Assembly (NCBI GenBank): GCA_050294405.1
Contig: JBNKOC010000012.1
Location: forward strand, 512,001 to 576,000
Length of the DNA stretch: 64,000 nucleotides
Source of the DNA: Fibrobacteria bacterium
GTDB taxonomy: Bacteria; Fibrobacterota; Fibrobacteria; UBA11236; JADFYW01
Direction of reading: 5' to 3'
The translations under genes and the position numbers were made by a program. Positions 1 to 9,405 of this stretch are shown piece by piece (position 1 is the first letter of the stretch; each line of letters begins with the position of its first letter). Below the pieces are notes generated by a model. It saw nothing but the letters and a program-made list of their open reading frames with translations. It did no database searches and was not told the origin of the DNA.

Positions 1-462
1 TTCGTACCATTTATTTATTGGTTCATATGGGTTTTTAAATGCTAATTCGCCTGTCACAAGTTCACTTGTGTATGCACGCCCATCAAATTTTGGAATTTGG
101 AAAAATTTTTTGCACTTATCATTAAAAACATTGAATAATGCTATTTGATCCCTAAATTCAAGTAATAATGGTCTAAGCTCTTTATAAACATTTAAGAGTA
201 AATTGGATTCTATTTCTTCTTTCTTTAATTTTTTATTAAATCCATGTACAACAAACCAACCAAAGACAGATAACAATAAAGAAATGCTTAAAATTATATT
301 TCCAATAGAAATTGATTTGTCAAATTTTATGAGCTTTAAAAAGTCAAGCTGTGAAATTATTACCAAAATAAACAGAGCTACTAGGGCAAATTGATTAGCC
401 CAAAATAACCAGTTATTTTGCATATTAAAACTAGCCTTTATTTTGTTGTCTAATTTTTGCAT
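1..462 (-). CDS. hypothetical membrane protein, 3' end runs off the window
   Basis: Manual translation from ATG at 462: MQKLDNKIKASFNMQNNWLFWANQFALVALFILVIISQ...NIILSISLLLSVFGWFVVHG..., open to position 1 (154 codons). Two hydrophobic segments, very AT-rich. Absent from the ORF track because it is truncated. Confidence 0.6.
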   Translation of the reverse strand, partial: MQKLDNKIKASFNMQNNWLFWANQFALVALFILVIISQLDFLKLIKFDKSISIGNIILSISLLLSVFGWFVVHGFNKKLKKEEIESNLLLNVYKELRPLLLEFRDQIALFNVFNDKCKKFFQIPKFDGRAYTSELVTGELAFKNPYEPINKWYE

Positions 463-765
463 GGTTTTAAAATTTAGCTCCTGTGGTTCTGTAAACCACT
501 TAATAATTTAGCGTAATTTGAGAATGAACAATTCTTTTAACTTGACAAAAATAGTCAAGCCAACATCCATAAAAAAGGACCATTTGAAAATCCATTCAAC
601 GTTACTGAAATGTTACGAATTTGACCCTAAAAATGCTCTTTTATCTCACTTTGTCACAACTTATGACAACCCTTTTAATTAACATCTATCATAAAAATTC
701 TTTTAAAATAAAGATTTATGATTCTGCTTGATAAAATTGGCGAAATTTTGAAATGAGCGAAAGAG

Positions 766-839
766 TACACCCGAGAGGATTCGAACCTCAGACCTTCTGC
801 TCCGGAGGCAGACGCTCTATCCAGCTGAGCTACGGGTGC
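766..839 (-). tRNA. tRNA-Arg (anticodon CCG)
   Basis: Reverse complement GCACCCGTAGCTCAGCTGGATAGAGCGTCTGCCTCCGGAGCAGAAGGTCTGAGGTTCGAATCCTCTCGGGTGTA folds as a cloverleaf with anticodon loop CTCCGGA; CCA not encoded. Confidence 0.95.
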
Positions 840-1021
840 ATTTTCGAATTCAAATATATATTTTCGACCCGGCCTTTCAATTCCAAATTATTCCCCAATT
901 TATCATTGGGCTTGGCCCGATAAAAACAGATTGACCCTGTTTGCCAAGGTATTTTATCATCAAATAAAGTCACAAATATCTCAAATCTGGACCAGGATAT
1001 TCAACCGGGGTTTCTTTTGAA

Positions 1022-2050
1022 TTGAGTATTGGGAAAGTCTTTCAATTTTATATGCCCGACATCCATACAGTAACGCCTTCATTAAGTCTAAGAAAAAAAA
1101 AAGATTTTTCTCCGTTAACATTAGGGCATATTCATAAAGCTGTTGTGGGAGTCGGTATTGAGTGGGATTTCCACTGCATCCATTGCGCTTTGCTTGTTTG
1201 TAATAATAGGGGACAAGTAAGTATTGAAGCATTGGAGCAACGACAGGGAGATTTTTCGAAGCCTGAAACATTGATTAAAAATATAAAAGACTGTAGGGAA
1301 TCACTTCCAGAAAATGGCAATGAGCAATGGAGCTGTTCTGCCGAGGGAAAATACAGTTATGCATCTCAGGTTAAAATAACAGCTCATTCAAAATCGCAGG
1401 AAAAGGAACTCATACAAAAAGCTGTTCAAAATCAACTTCCCTTTGACATTGAATTAGCCTCGCTTGACTACCATAAGCTTGAAAATTTAACAACACAGGC
1501 TAACCAATCACATTACATTGTGGCTGCGATTGAAAATGGTCATTTAAACAATCTGATAAACATTTTGCAACGTTGTGGAGTTTCTCAATTTAAATTAGAT
1601 ACCAAAATGTTGAGTTTAGCGAATAGCTTGTATTTACTGCCTGGAAGCATAGGTCAATCGAAATCTCAAATTGTATTGCATATAGGTTTAACGGAAGCCT
1701 TTATATTGTTTGAAAGTAACTACGCTCCTTTTTTTTACCATAGATTTTTGCTGAACACACCAAGTAATAAGCATAGTCCTGAACAACATTTGGAAAAGAT
1801 GGAAATTATTGTTGAAGAAATAAATAATTCAGTTCGGTTTTATCAAAAAGAAAACCCTGGAATCCTGTTGGAAAATATTTGGCTATCCGGTAAAAACAGC
1901 CATAATCCAACGTTTGTAAAGTCGCTTACTGAAAAAATATCCTTAAAAGTTCATTGTATGGATTTAATAGATGTGCTTGGGTTTAGCCTAAAAGAAGGAA
2001 CTGGGGATTTTAATCTAGCGATTTCCCTTGCCATGCGGGGACTGGAATGA
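1022..2050 (+). CDS. divergent PilM-like type IV pilus/T2SS alignment-complex protein (actin-like fold)
   Basis: VGVGIEWD N-terminal strand, QLPFDIELASLDY, IVLHIG, EINNSVRFY, IWLSG and C-terminal AISLAMRG resemble PilM; first gene of an MNOP-like run. Start may be ATG 1052. Confidence 0.65.
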   Translation: MSIGKVFQFYMPDIHTVTPSLSLRKKKDFSPLTLGHIHKAVVGVGIEWDFHCIHCALLVCNNRGQVSIEALEQRQGDFSKPETLIKNIKDCRESLPENGNEQWSCSAEGKYSYASQVKITAHSKSQEKELIQKAVQNQLPFDIELASLDYHKLENLTTQANQSHYIVAAIENGHLNNLINILQRCGVSQFKLDTKMLSLANSLYLLPGSIGQSKSQIVLHIGLTEAFILFESNYAPFFYHRFLLNTPSNKHSPEQHLEKMEIIVEEINNSVRFYQKENPGILLENIWLSGKNSHNPTFVKSLTEKISLKVHCMDLIDVLGFSLKEGTGDFNLAISLAMRGLE

Positions 2051-2586
2051 GTCCCTTTAAGTATCATATCAACTTAGCTCAGCCATCTAAACTGGATTCA
2101 AGGCCCATTGATAACAAAGATCATATTAGGTTTATTATCTCTTATTCCTGTTTGGTGCTGCTATGTATTCTAGCCGCATACATTTCCAGTAACTTTTATT
2201 CCGTTTGGAGTCTAAAGGAAAAAGAAAAAACACTATTGTTGAATCTGGACGATTATGCAGTTAGAAATGCCTCTGCAGATTTTAATCTTTCTTACCCTCT
2301 GTTAAAAAGCATCCATTACTCTCAGGTAAACAGAAGTTTTTTTCCCATTAACATTGTCCAATTAAGGGACTATTTTAAACAAGAAGTAGAAATTGAAAGC
2401 ATCCAATTTAACCGGGATAGTTTGATAATTAAAGGAGCGCCAAAAAGTTTTCCTTTGAATAAAGCTAAATTGGATGAAAAAGTGGCATCTATTTATAGCT
2501 GGAAAGCTTTCCGCTATAACTTCAATTCTCTAAGCCTGCATATTTTAGACAATAGACAATTAAAGCTTATTGCACTTAAAAGCTGA
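2047..2586 (+). CDS. PilN-like bitopic membrane protein
   Basis: N-terminal INL motif (YHINLAQP, cf. PilN INLLP), one TM helix, IESIQFNRDSLIIKG; ATGA overlap with the PilM-like gene. Confidence 0.55.
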   Translation: MSPFKYHINLAQPSKLDSRPIDNKDHIRFIISYSCLVLLCILAAYISSNFYSVWSLKEKEKTLLLNLDDYAVRNASADFNLSYPLLKSIHYSQVNRSFFPINIVQLRDYFKQEVEIESIQFNRDSLIIKGAPKSFPLNKAKLDEKVASIYSWKAFRYNFNSLSLHILDNRQLKLIALKS

Positions 2587-2591
2587 GTATT

Positions 2592-3149
2592 ATGTTTTTA
2601 AAACCAAATTTTTTATTAATCGCAACGGCAAGCGTATTAATTATCTGGTTTGGGTTAGACTTCTTATATATTTCGCCAAGTAAACTGGAAATTCAAAATA
2701 TTATTCAACAAAGGATCAAGCGCTCCGCTGAAATTGCAAATCAGAAAATCATAGATGGTAACTATCCCCATGTGCAAAATTTTTTGTCGGATAACATAGT
2801 GGATGGTTCAATTTTGGAATCGGATAAATTGGATGCTTTGGCGGCAGATTTCTTTAATAGAATTTCAGAAAAGTCCGGCACAAAATTAGAGTCTATTCAA
2901 TTGGAAGATTCTCATCTGGACCTATTAAAAAAAACGGCATATTACAGTTTGAATTTTTATCCAACTTCAATGGAAAATATTGAAGTTTTGTTAAATCATC
3001 TTGCTCAGGATTTGAAAATCAACAATTTGGAAGAACTAATCATTCGTTACTCCAAAACCCAGGGGCGTAAAAATTATTTTCAACTTCAACTAAAAATAAG
3101 TCTACCCTATTATTTAAATAATTTTGGATATGAACTCTCTGCACTATAA
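2592..3149 (+). CDS. PilO/GspM-like bitopic membrane protein
   Basis: N-terminal TM ending YISP, short coiled coil, then a compact C-terminal region; third position in the operon. Confidence 0.45.
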   Translation: MFLKPNFLLIATASVLIIWFGLDFLYISPSKLEIQNIIQQRIKRSAEIANQKIIDGNYPHVQNFLSDNIVDGSILESDKLDALAADFFNRISEKSGTKLESIQLEDSHLDLLKKTAYYSLNFYPTSMENIEVLLNHLAQDLKINNLEELIIRYSKTQGRKNYFQLQLKISLPYYLNNFGYELSAL

Positions 3150-3636
3150 AATTTTAATTGCCATAATTTTTTTGGCAGGCTGGGTGATATTCCGGGCCCA
3201 TAAACATTCTGCAGATTACCAAAAAATAGATTCAGCATCTCTGGAAAGTGCTAATGGCTATGTAAATGTTTTTTTAAACCTTTGTAATGAACTGGAAATA
3301 ACATTAAGCCAATGGGATAGTTATCAACCGGATAAGTCAGCTCAGGAAGCAAAAAAAGGCAATTCTTTAATATTGGCCGACCCGTTAGTTCCCATTGGGA
3401 AGGTTATTTCTCAGCCAAATGATCCTTTAAGCTTAAAAAAAATAGGGTCGGACACGCTCAACAATTGGTATGCCATTTTCAAATACGGAAATCAATTTTA
3501 TACGGTGGCAGCAGGCGATAATTTATTGGGGCGAAATATTGTTAAAATCACAGAAGATAAAGTGTATCTTAGTTCTCAAATGACTCATTTTCTATACCAC
3601 ATAGATGGAAAAAAATTAATTAAGCGAAAGAATTAA
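3124..3636 (+). CDS. PilP/GspC-like protein
   Basis: N-terminal TM, DPL motif, C-terminal YAIFKYGNQFYTVAAGDNLLGRNIVKITEDKVYL typical of the PilP/GspC-HR beta domain. Confidence 0.5.
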   Translation: MDMNSLHYKILIAIIFLAGWVIFRAHKHSADYQKIDSASLESANGYVNVFLNLCNELEITLSQWDSYQPDKSAQEAKKGNSLILADPLVPIGKVISQPNDPLSLKKIGSDTLNNWYAIFKYGNQFYTVAAGDNLLGRNIVKITEDKVYLSSQMTHFLYHIDGKKLIKRKN

Positions 3637-3640
3637 AAAT

Positions 3641-5521
3641 ATGGACAGTTCTTCTAATCAGAATAAGAAAGTCATTTTTTATGCGCAGCGACCAGAAGCC
3701 TCGGCAAAGCTTCTGGATGTTTTGAACAAAGGACTCGGAAAACTAAATGTGGAATTTTCCTACCAAGCCTTTTCACAAATGAATGGTGAAAGTTGCAATC
3801 TTGCTATTTTATTGTTACCCCAAGAAGGTGATCTCGAAAATTTCAAAGAAATTTTGAAAAAGATACAAAGCGAGACACAAAGAACCTTAGCCATAGTAGA
3901 TGCAAAGCGAAAGGCCATATTTGAGGATCAAATTAAAAGCACAAACGTAACCCAGGCCATATATTTTCCAGTAAATTCGGGAAGTCTGCTTAAAACCATA
4001 TCCAGCCTGCTAACTCCGGATATTTTTAATAGGAATAATTTGCCTTATGATTTAATACGAAACATTGAGAGAAATGCAATAGATTTGATTCCAGCTTCTA
4101 TGGCTCATTCTCATGTTTGCATCCCCATTAAAATATTAGACAACCATCTTCATGTTGCGGTCACAGATCCAGGGGATGTTAGGCTTCTTGATTTGCTGCG
4201 TGATAGAAGCAGTTATTTGATAAAAGCCCATGGAGTGGATTCTTCAACTATTTCTAAGGCGATTGAAATTTTTTATCCCTTGCCCGGTGATGATTCCGCT
4301 TCTATCAGCAAGCAATCACAAAGTTCCAATATTTCTTTTAAAGCCCCTCCAACTCCCCAGGCTCAGGAAACGGAAGGTATTGCCGGAATGTTCAATTCTA
4401 TTGTAGCTCAAGCTATCAAGGAAAAAGCAAGTGATATCCATTTTGAAATTCAAACCACAGGACTTTCACTAAAATACAGAGTGGAAGGGGAACTTCGAAA
4501 AATTATCGCTCCACCATCCAGTACACATCGAAGCCTGGTGGAGCATATAAAAACTCTGGCTTCTTTAAATTTAATGGAAAAAAACCTTCCCCAAGAAGGG
4601 GCCTTTCAATTAAGAATATTGAATATGGATTTGCATTTGAGGGTATCCTGCGTTCCCACCATCCAATTTGAAAAAATAGTAGTTACTATCATTAAAAAGG
4701 AAGAGTTTAAATTAGATATAAATCATTTGGGCTTTTCTTCGGAGTCCCTTTCCCTTATTCGGAAATATTTAAGCTCCCCCTATGGGTTAGTCATTGTGGC
4801 GAGCCCTATTCGTTCGGGGAAAAGCACCACCTTATATTCCATGGTGCAGGAAATAATATCCGAGGCCAAAAATATTGTTTCGGTTGAAAATGTTATTGAA
4901 TTCCAATTGCCGGGCATGACTCAATTTAAATTGGATCCAGATAAGGGGTTTACCGCTAAAATAGCTATGGAACATATTTCTTACCAGGACCCTGATGTTG
5001 TTCTCATTGATCCTATTCGGGATCACGATACGGCGGATTCAGCAATTAAGTTTTCTCTCACGGGGCACCAAATTCTGGCTGGAATATCTGCTTCGGGAAT
5101 TCTCCATAGTTTTTCCCAATTGAGAGACTTAAATGTCTCTTCATTAACATTGGGGTCGGCTTTGACTATGATCATCTTTCAAAGGTTAGTGAAAAAAATA
5201 TGCCCCTATTGCAAGGAAACCCATAGCATTTCAGAAGAGCTTTTGCCCCAATTGCCAAAAGAGCTTCAAGACAATCCTCTCTGCTTTATTGGAAAAGGCT
5301 GCGCGCGCTGCAACCAAACAGGATATTTAGGACAAACCGGAGTCTTTGAGGTGCTTCCCATTGGCAAAAACTTAAGGCAATTGCTTTATCAAAACCGGCC
5401 ATTGGAAGAGTTTCAGGAGGTGCTGGACAACAGCCAATGGAGAGATGTTAAATCTATGGCATTCGATCTGGTCCAAAATGGTGTGACTACCATTGAACAA
5501 GCCATTTCCTTGCACGGTTAA
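3641..5521 (+). CDS. PilB/GspE-family secretion ATPase homologue with degenerate catalytic motifs and N-terminal receiver-like domain
   Basis: KASDIHFE, Walker A SPIRSGKST, QDPDVVLID, QRLVKKICPYC...GCARCNQTGYLG (tetra-Cys), GVTTIEQA; MshEN-like subdomain IDLIPASMA...VAVTDP. Confidence 0.85.
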   Translation: MDSSSNQNKKVIFYAQRPEASAKLLDVLNKGLGKLNVEFSYQAFSQMNGESCNLAILLLPQEGDLENFKEILKKIQSETQRTLAIVDAKRKAIFEDQIKSTNVTQAIYFPVNSGSLLKTISSLLTPDIFNRNNLPYDLIRNIERNAIDLIPASMAHSHVCIPIKILDNHLHVAVTDPGDVRLLDLLRDRSSYLIKAHGVDSSTISKAIEIFYPLPGDDSASISKQSQSSNISFKAPPTPQAQETEGIAGMFNSIVAQAIKEKASDIHFEIQTTGLSLKYRVEGELRKIIAPPSSTHRSLVEHIKTLASLNLMEKNLPQEGAFQLRILNMDLHLRVSCVPTIQFEKIVVTIIKKEEFKLDINHLGFSSESLSLIRKYLSSPYGLVIVASPIRSGKSTTLYSMVQEIISEAKNIVSVENVIEFQLPGMTQFKLDPDKGFTAKIAMEHISYQDPDVVLIDPIRDHDTADSAIKFSLTGHQILAGISASGILHSFSQLRDLNVSSLTLGSALTMIIFQRLVKKICPYCKETHSISEELLPQLPKELQDNPLCFIGKGCARCNQTGYLGQTGVFEVLPIGKNLRQLLYQNRPLEEFQEVLDNSQWRDVKSMAFDLVQNGVTTIEQAISLHG

Positions 5522-5540
5522 AGTTTATTAATTTAAACCC

Positions 5541-6311
5541 ATGGCCACTTTGCAATCCGAAGGCATTTTACTTCATAAAATGCCTTATTCGGAATCCTCA
5601 ACCATAGCAAAAATCTACACCCGAGAATCTGGGTTGCTAAGTTTTATTGCCAAAGGGGCCATGAGACCCAAATCCAAAATGCGCGGGCAAATAGATTTTT
5701 TTCGTCTGCTGGAATGCACATACAATCTTCGCAACGACAGCAGTTTAATTATTTTGCAGGATGTTACTGGTATCAAGCATTTTGAAAATATTCAAAAGGA
5801 TTTAATTCGAAGTAGCTTGGCTAATGTTATCCTGGAAATATATCTGCGATTTTTATATGGGCCTGAACCCTCTCAACCTTTATACGAGTTATTGGCCCAT
5901 CAGCTTGATTTTATTGATTCAGTTGTCTTTCACGCTCCGAGCAGTTCGGGTTTGCTCTGTGATTTTATAATTCAATTTTGTTCTATTATGGGCTTTAAAC
6001 CCCAGTTCAGCCAATGTGTTTTTTGTGAGGCCGCCTTACAGGATAGAGTCCTGTTTTTTTATCCTGAATTAGGAGGGGCGGGTTGCTTTCGCTGTTCAAA
6101 TCAGCAAAATTATTCCTACATAAAGTATTCGCAAAAAATAATTAAATGGCTGGATTCCGTTCTAGTAAGTGGCGGTTTAAAAAATCTGGCCGCGAAAAGC
6201 ACCATGGATGGGGGGGAATCTTTATTGCTGGATTTTCTTAAAAGCCAATCCGGCCATAATAACTCTTTAAAATCTTATTCTTTTTACAAAAAAATGGTAT
6301 TTGAGAACTAG
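5541..6311 (+). CDS. recO: DNA repair protein RecO
   Basis: EGILLHKMPYSESSTIAKIYTRESG...IAKGAMRPKSK OB-fold start; GFKPQFSQCVFC...GCFRC zinc finger. Confidence 0.92.
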   Translation: MATLQSEGILLHKMPYSESSTIAKIYTRESGLLSFIAKGAMRPKSKMRGQIDFFRLLECTYNLRNDSSLIILQDVTGIKHFENIQKDLIRSSLANVILEIYLRFLYGPEPSQPLYELLAHQLDFIDSVVFHAPSSSGLLCDFIIQFCSIMGFKPQFSQCVFCEAALQDRVLFFYPELGGAGCFRCSNQQNYSYIKYSQKIIKWLDSVLVSGGLKNLAAKSTMDGGESLLLDFLKSQSGHNNSLKSYSFYKKMVFEN

Positions 6312-6339
6312 TTGTCCGTCGGATTTAGGCTTTGCACAG
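6311..6339 (+). repeat. degenerate single terminus of the MITE also seen at 35208 and 52621
   Basis: TA|GTTGTCCGTCGGATTTAGGCTTTGCACAG versus element end GGAGCCTGTCGGATTTAAGCTTTGCATAG (last 19 nt match 17/19). Confidence 0.55.
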
Positions 6340-6369
6340 TTTTACAAAGTTACTATTTTATTCAACCTT

Positions 6370-7128
6370 ATGTTGAGCTCTTCCCATATAGCGAACCACC
6401 GGGGCAAGCCTTTAGTAATGGTAACGGCATACGATGTATGTTTTGCAAGCATTGCCGAATCAGCCGGAGTGGATATTATCCTGGTGGGGGATTCCCTGGC
6501 TAATGTTATGCTTGGGAAAAATAGAACATCCGAATTAAAAACAGAGACCATGTTGCTGTTTGTGGAAGCCGTGGCAAACGGGGCGAAAGATACGCACATA
6601 GTGGCTGATATGCCTTATTTATCATATAACACGGTGGATGATGCCCTGCGTAATGCGAAATCATATATGGAAGCCGGAGCCCATTCCGTAAAACTGGAAG
6701 GCTTAAAGCCTGAGATTATTGAAGCTTTAATTGGGGAAAACATCCCGGTTATGGGACATCTGGGTTTGCTTCCTCAAACCGCCACCAGCCTTAAGCAGGT
6801 GGGGGCGAACAATAAAAGCGCGGAACAAATTTTTGAAGAAGCCAAGGCTTTGGAATCGCTGGGGACATATGCCATGGTTTTAGAGCATATGGATTTTCAA
6901 CTGGGAAAAAAAATAACCCATTCTCTTAATATTCCTACCATCGGAATTGGGGCAGGGCCAGACACATCAGGGCAGGTTTTAGTCATGCACGACTTACTTG
7001 GCCTTAGGAAGAAAAAACTTCCCCCTTTTGCAAAAAAATTTGGAAATTTATTTGAAGCGGCACAGGAGGCTTTTATGAATTACGCCGCCGCAGTGCGGGA
7101 AGGATCTTTCCCAAAAGCCAACCAATAA
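6370..7128 (+). CDS. panB: 3-methyl-2-oxobutanoate hydroxymethyltransferase
   Basis: MVTAYD, ILVGDSL, VADMPY, VKLEG, VMGHLGLLPQ, PTIGIGAG, GQVLVMHDLLG. ATG 6370 preferred over TTG 6301. Confidence 0.96.
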   Translation: MLSSSHIANHRGKPLVMVTAYDVCFASIAESAGVDIILVGDSLANVMLGKNRTSELKTETMLLFVEAVANGAKDTHIVADMPYLSYNTVDDALRNAKSYMEAGAHSVKLEGLKPEIIEALIGENIPVMGHLGLLPQTATSLKQVGANNKSAEQIFEEAKALESLGTYAMVLEHMDFQLGKKITHSLNIPTIGIGAGPDTSGQVLVMHDLLGLRKKKLPPFAKKFGNLFEAAQEAFMNYAAAVREGSFPKANQ

Positions 7129-8626
7129 ACCAGAAACTGTTTAGGGCTGCAAAAAACAGGAGCAAGCCCCATTCCATAGGTGTTCCGATAATGTTGTATA
7201 GGGTTTTTCTGGTAGTGACATCAATTTTTTTTCGCAATACCGTTTTTTCAAATAAGGATGTCTTTTCCAGAGTACGCCCCCGGTTGTCGTAAAAAACGCT
7301 AATACCAGCGTTGGAGCATCTTGCAATGGGTATGCCAGATTCAATGGCCCGGAATTTTGTAATGTTTGCATGCTGAAAAGGGGCGGGACTCCGGCCAAAC
7401 CATCCGTCATTGGTAATGTTTATTAATAACTGGGCTCCCTTTTTAACAATCTGGCGGATGTATCCGGGATACACTACTTCGTAGCAAATGGAAGGGCTAT
7501 ATTTGAATTTTTCTCCCCATAAAAATATTTCTGTGCCGGAGGAAAAATCTCCTTCGCCAAAATTCACATAGTTTAACAGAGGGAAAATATTATCGAAGGG
7601 AAGGCGCTCACTGAAGGGCACTAAATAAAGCTTGTTGTATTGCTCTGCCCCTTTTAAACTGTCTTTGGAAAATAAAAAGGCGGCGTTGTAAAAAATATAT
7701 GGCTTTGCAGGGTGGTTGTTAATTTTAAAATCTAAAGATCCAACAATTAAATCGCTGCGGTATTCCATAGCTCTTCTTTTAAATTCGGCATACACTTCGG
7801 GGCGTTGAGATAAAAAAGCGGGGATAGCTGTTTCAGCCAATATAATGATGTCGCTATTTTTTAAATTAGCCTCATCCATTACTCCGTAAGTAGATTCCAT
7901 CACCGATTGAAAATAACCTTCATCCCATTTTTTGGTTTGCTCGATGGAGGGCTGCACCAAGGAAATATCGGCGCTGGAATGAAATTCTCCCGAGGGCATA
8001 AGTTTTAATTCCACAACACCGTAAAGGAGCATTAATGCTGGAACTAAAACCAAAAATTTTAATGCTCCGTAATGTTTTTGATAAAGAAATACGGCTCCCA
8101 GGTAATTTGCCAAATAAATTAAGGCAGAGACGCCAAACACCCCTATAAGAGAAGAAATTTGAATAAAAGGCAAATAGTGTCCCAATGTATAGGCTAAGTG
8201 GCTCCAGGGAAAAGACATCTGGCCGGAGGTGCGAACCACCTCAAGGCCCGTGGCCAATAGGGTAAAAACCAGCCAGCCATAAGATTTTTTTTGCAGACGA
8301 ACTGCCAGCCAGCCCAGGTATCCATTAAAAAGCGAGAGCGCTACAACTAAAAGTAATACTCCAAGTAATATGACTACAGCCGGTCCAACCTTCATAACAT
8401 TGTACAGCCAGAAGTACATGATGATGTTATAGGCCAACCCGGCACTGAAATGATACCAAAAAGCTTTGCGAGGGCTAAGTGAAAAACTGGCCTGCCACAT
8501 TATGGCGGGCAAAACAAAAATCAAGGGACCTAAGTTAAAAGGGGGGTAGCAAAAGGCCCAAAGCAAATGACAAAGCAAAATGGTTATAAAAGGACGGCCT
8601 CTGGTACTTGCTAAAAACGGTGGCAT
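7073..8626 (-). CDS. lnt: apolipoprotein N-acyltransferase
   Basis: Multiple TM helices, FPW, VQPSI, AETA (catalytic E), YNKLYLVPFSE (K), ICYE (C), ITNDGWFG, RAIE. Confidence 0.95.
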   Translation of the reverse strand: MPPFLASTRGRPFITILLCHLLWAFCYPPFNLGPLIFVLPAIMWQASFSLSPRKAFWYHFSAGLAYNIIMYFWLYNVMKVGPAVVILLGVLLLVVALSLFNGYLGWLAVRLQKKSYGWLVFTLLATGLEVVRTSGQMSFPWSHLAYTLGHYLPFIQISSLIGVFGVSALIYLANYLGAVFLYQKHYGALKFLVLVPALMLLYGVVELKLMPSGEFHSSADISLVQPSIEQTKKWDEGYFQSVMESTYGVMDEANLKNSDIIILAETAIPAFLSQRPEVYAEFKRRAMEYRSDLIVGSLDFKINNHPAKPYIFYNAAFLFSKDSLKGAEQYNKLYLVPFSERLPFDNIFPLLNYVNFGEGDFSSGTEIFLWGEKFKYSPSICYEVVYPGYIRQIVKKGAQLLINITNDGWFGRSPAPFQHANITKFRAIESGIPIARCSNAGISVFYDNRGRTLEKTSLFEKTVLRKKIDVTTRKTLYNIIGTPMEWGLLLFFAALNSFWFIGWLLGKILPALRRRNS

Positions 8627-8639
8627 AGATGTTTTTTAA

Positions 8640-9350
8640 TCATCCTTTATTTTGAGGATGGAATAGGAGCACAAATTCGCCCTTAGGATTTTTGTTTTGG
8701 TAAATGGCAATATGTTCCTGGACGGATTTTACAGATATTTCTTCAAATTTTTTAGTAAGCTCTCTAGCCAATGCCACAATGGTATGGGAGCCAAACACAG
8801 TTTCAATTTCATTTAAAAATTTTTTTAACTGCATAGTGCCGATATAGTAAACAATGGTGGGAGCCCATTTTACATCCTCGTGATACATCTCTTTGTATGC
8901 CTGAAGTTGGTTTAGTCTCGCTGCAGATTTTTTAGGCGGGAAATTGGCAAACAAAAAATGATCCGTAGGCAAGCCTGAGGCCACTAAAGCAGAAATGCCA
9001 GCTACTGGCCCTGGAATTGGATAAACGGGGATGCCCTCTTGCCGGGCCATTCTCACCAGATAAAAGGCAGGGTCAGCAATGCCTGGAGTTCCTGCATCGC
9101 TAATCAGAGAGATTGTTTTTTTTTCTTTTAGCTCTGCTAATATGCCCGGACTTCTTTTTTCTTTGTTAAAATCGTTATAGGATTCGCATTCCACAGAAAT
9201 TTGATAATGGTTTAAAAGCCATCTGGAGTGCCTGGTATCCTCGGCCAGGATTTTATCAGAGGCTTTTAAAGTTTCCACAGCCCTAAAAGTGATGTCTCCC
9301 AAATTTCCAATTGGGGTAGCTACAATATATAATCCGGGTGTCAGGCTCAT
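8640..9350 (-). CDS. rsmI: 16S rRNA (cytidine1402-2'-O)-methyltransferase
   Basis: LYIVATPIGNLGDITFRA, AEDTR, ISDAGTPGIADP, ARELTKKFEE, PKGEFVL. Confidence 0.96.
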   Translation of the reverse strand: MSLTPGLYIVATPIGNLGDITFRAVETLKASDKILAEDTRHSRWLLNHYQISVECESYNDFNKEKRSPGILAELKEKKTISLISDAGTPGIADPAFYLVRMARQEGIPVYPIPGPVAGISALVASGLPTDHFLFANFPPKKSAARLNQLQAYKEMYHEDVKWAPTIVYYIGTMQLKKFLNEIETVFGSHTIVALARELTKKFEEISVKSVQEHIAIYQNKNPKGEFVLLFHPQNKG

Positions 9351-9405
9351 TTAATTTCCGGTTTTAAAAATAACCGCGAGCCGTAAATATTACAATAAAA
9401 GAAAG

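Noticed and set aside
203..394. 63-aa plus-strand ORF
   Set aside because: Antisense to the longer minus-strand ORF running from 462 off the window edge.
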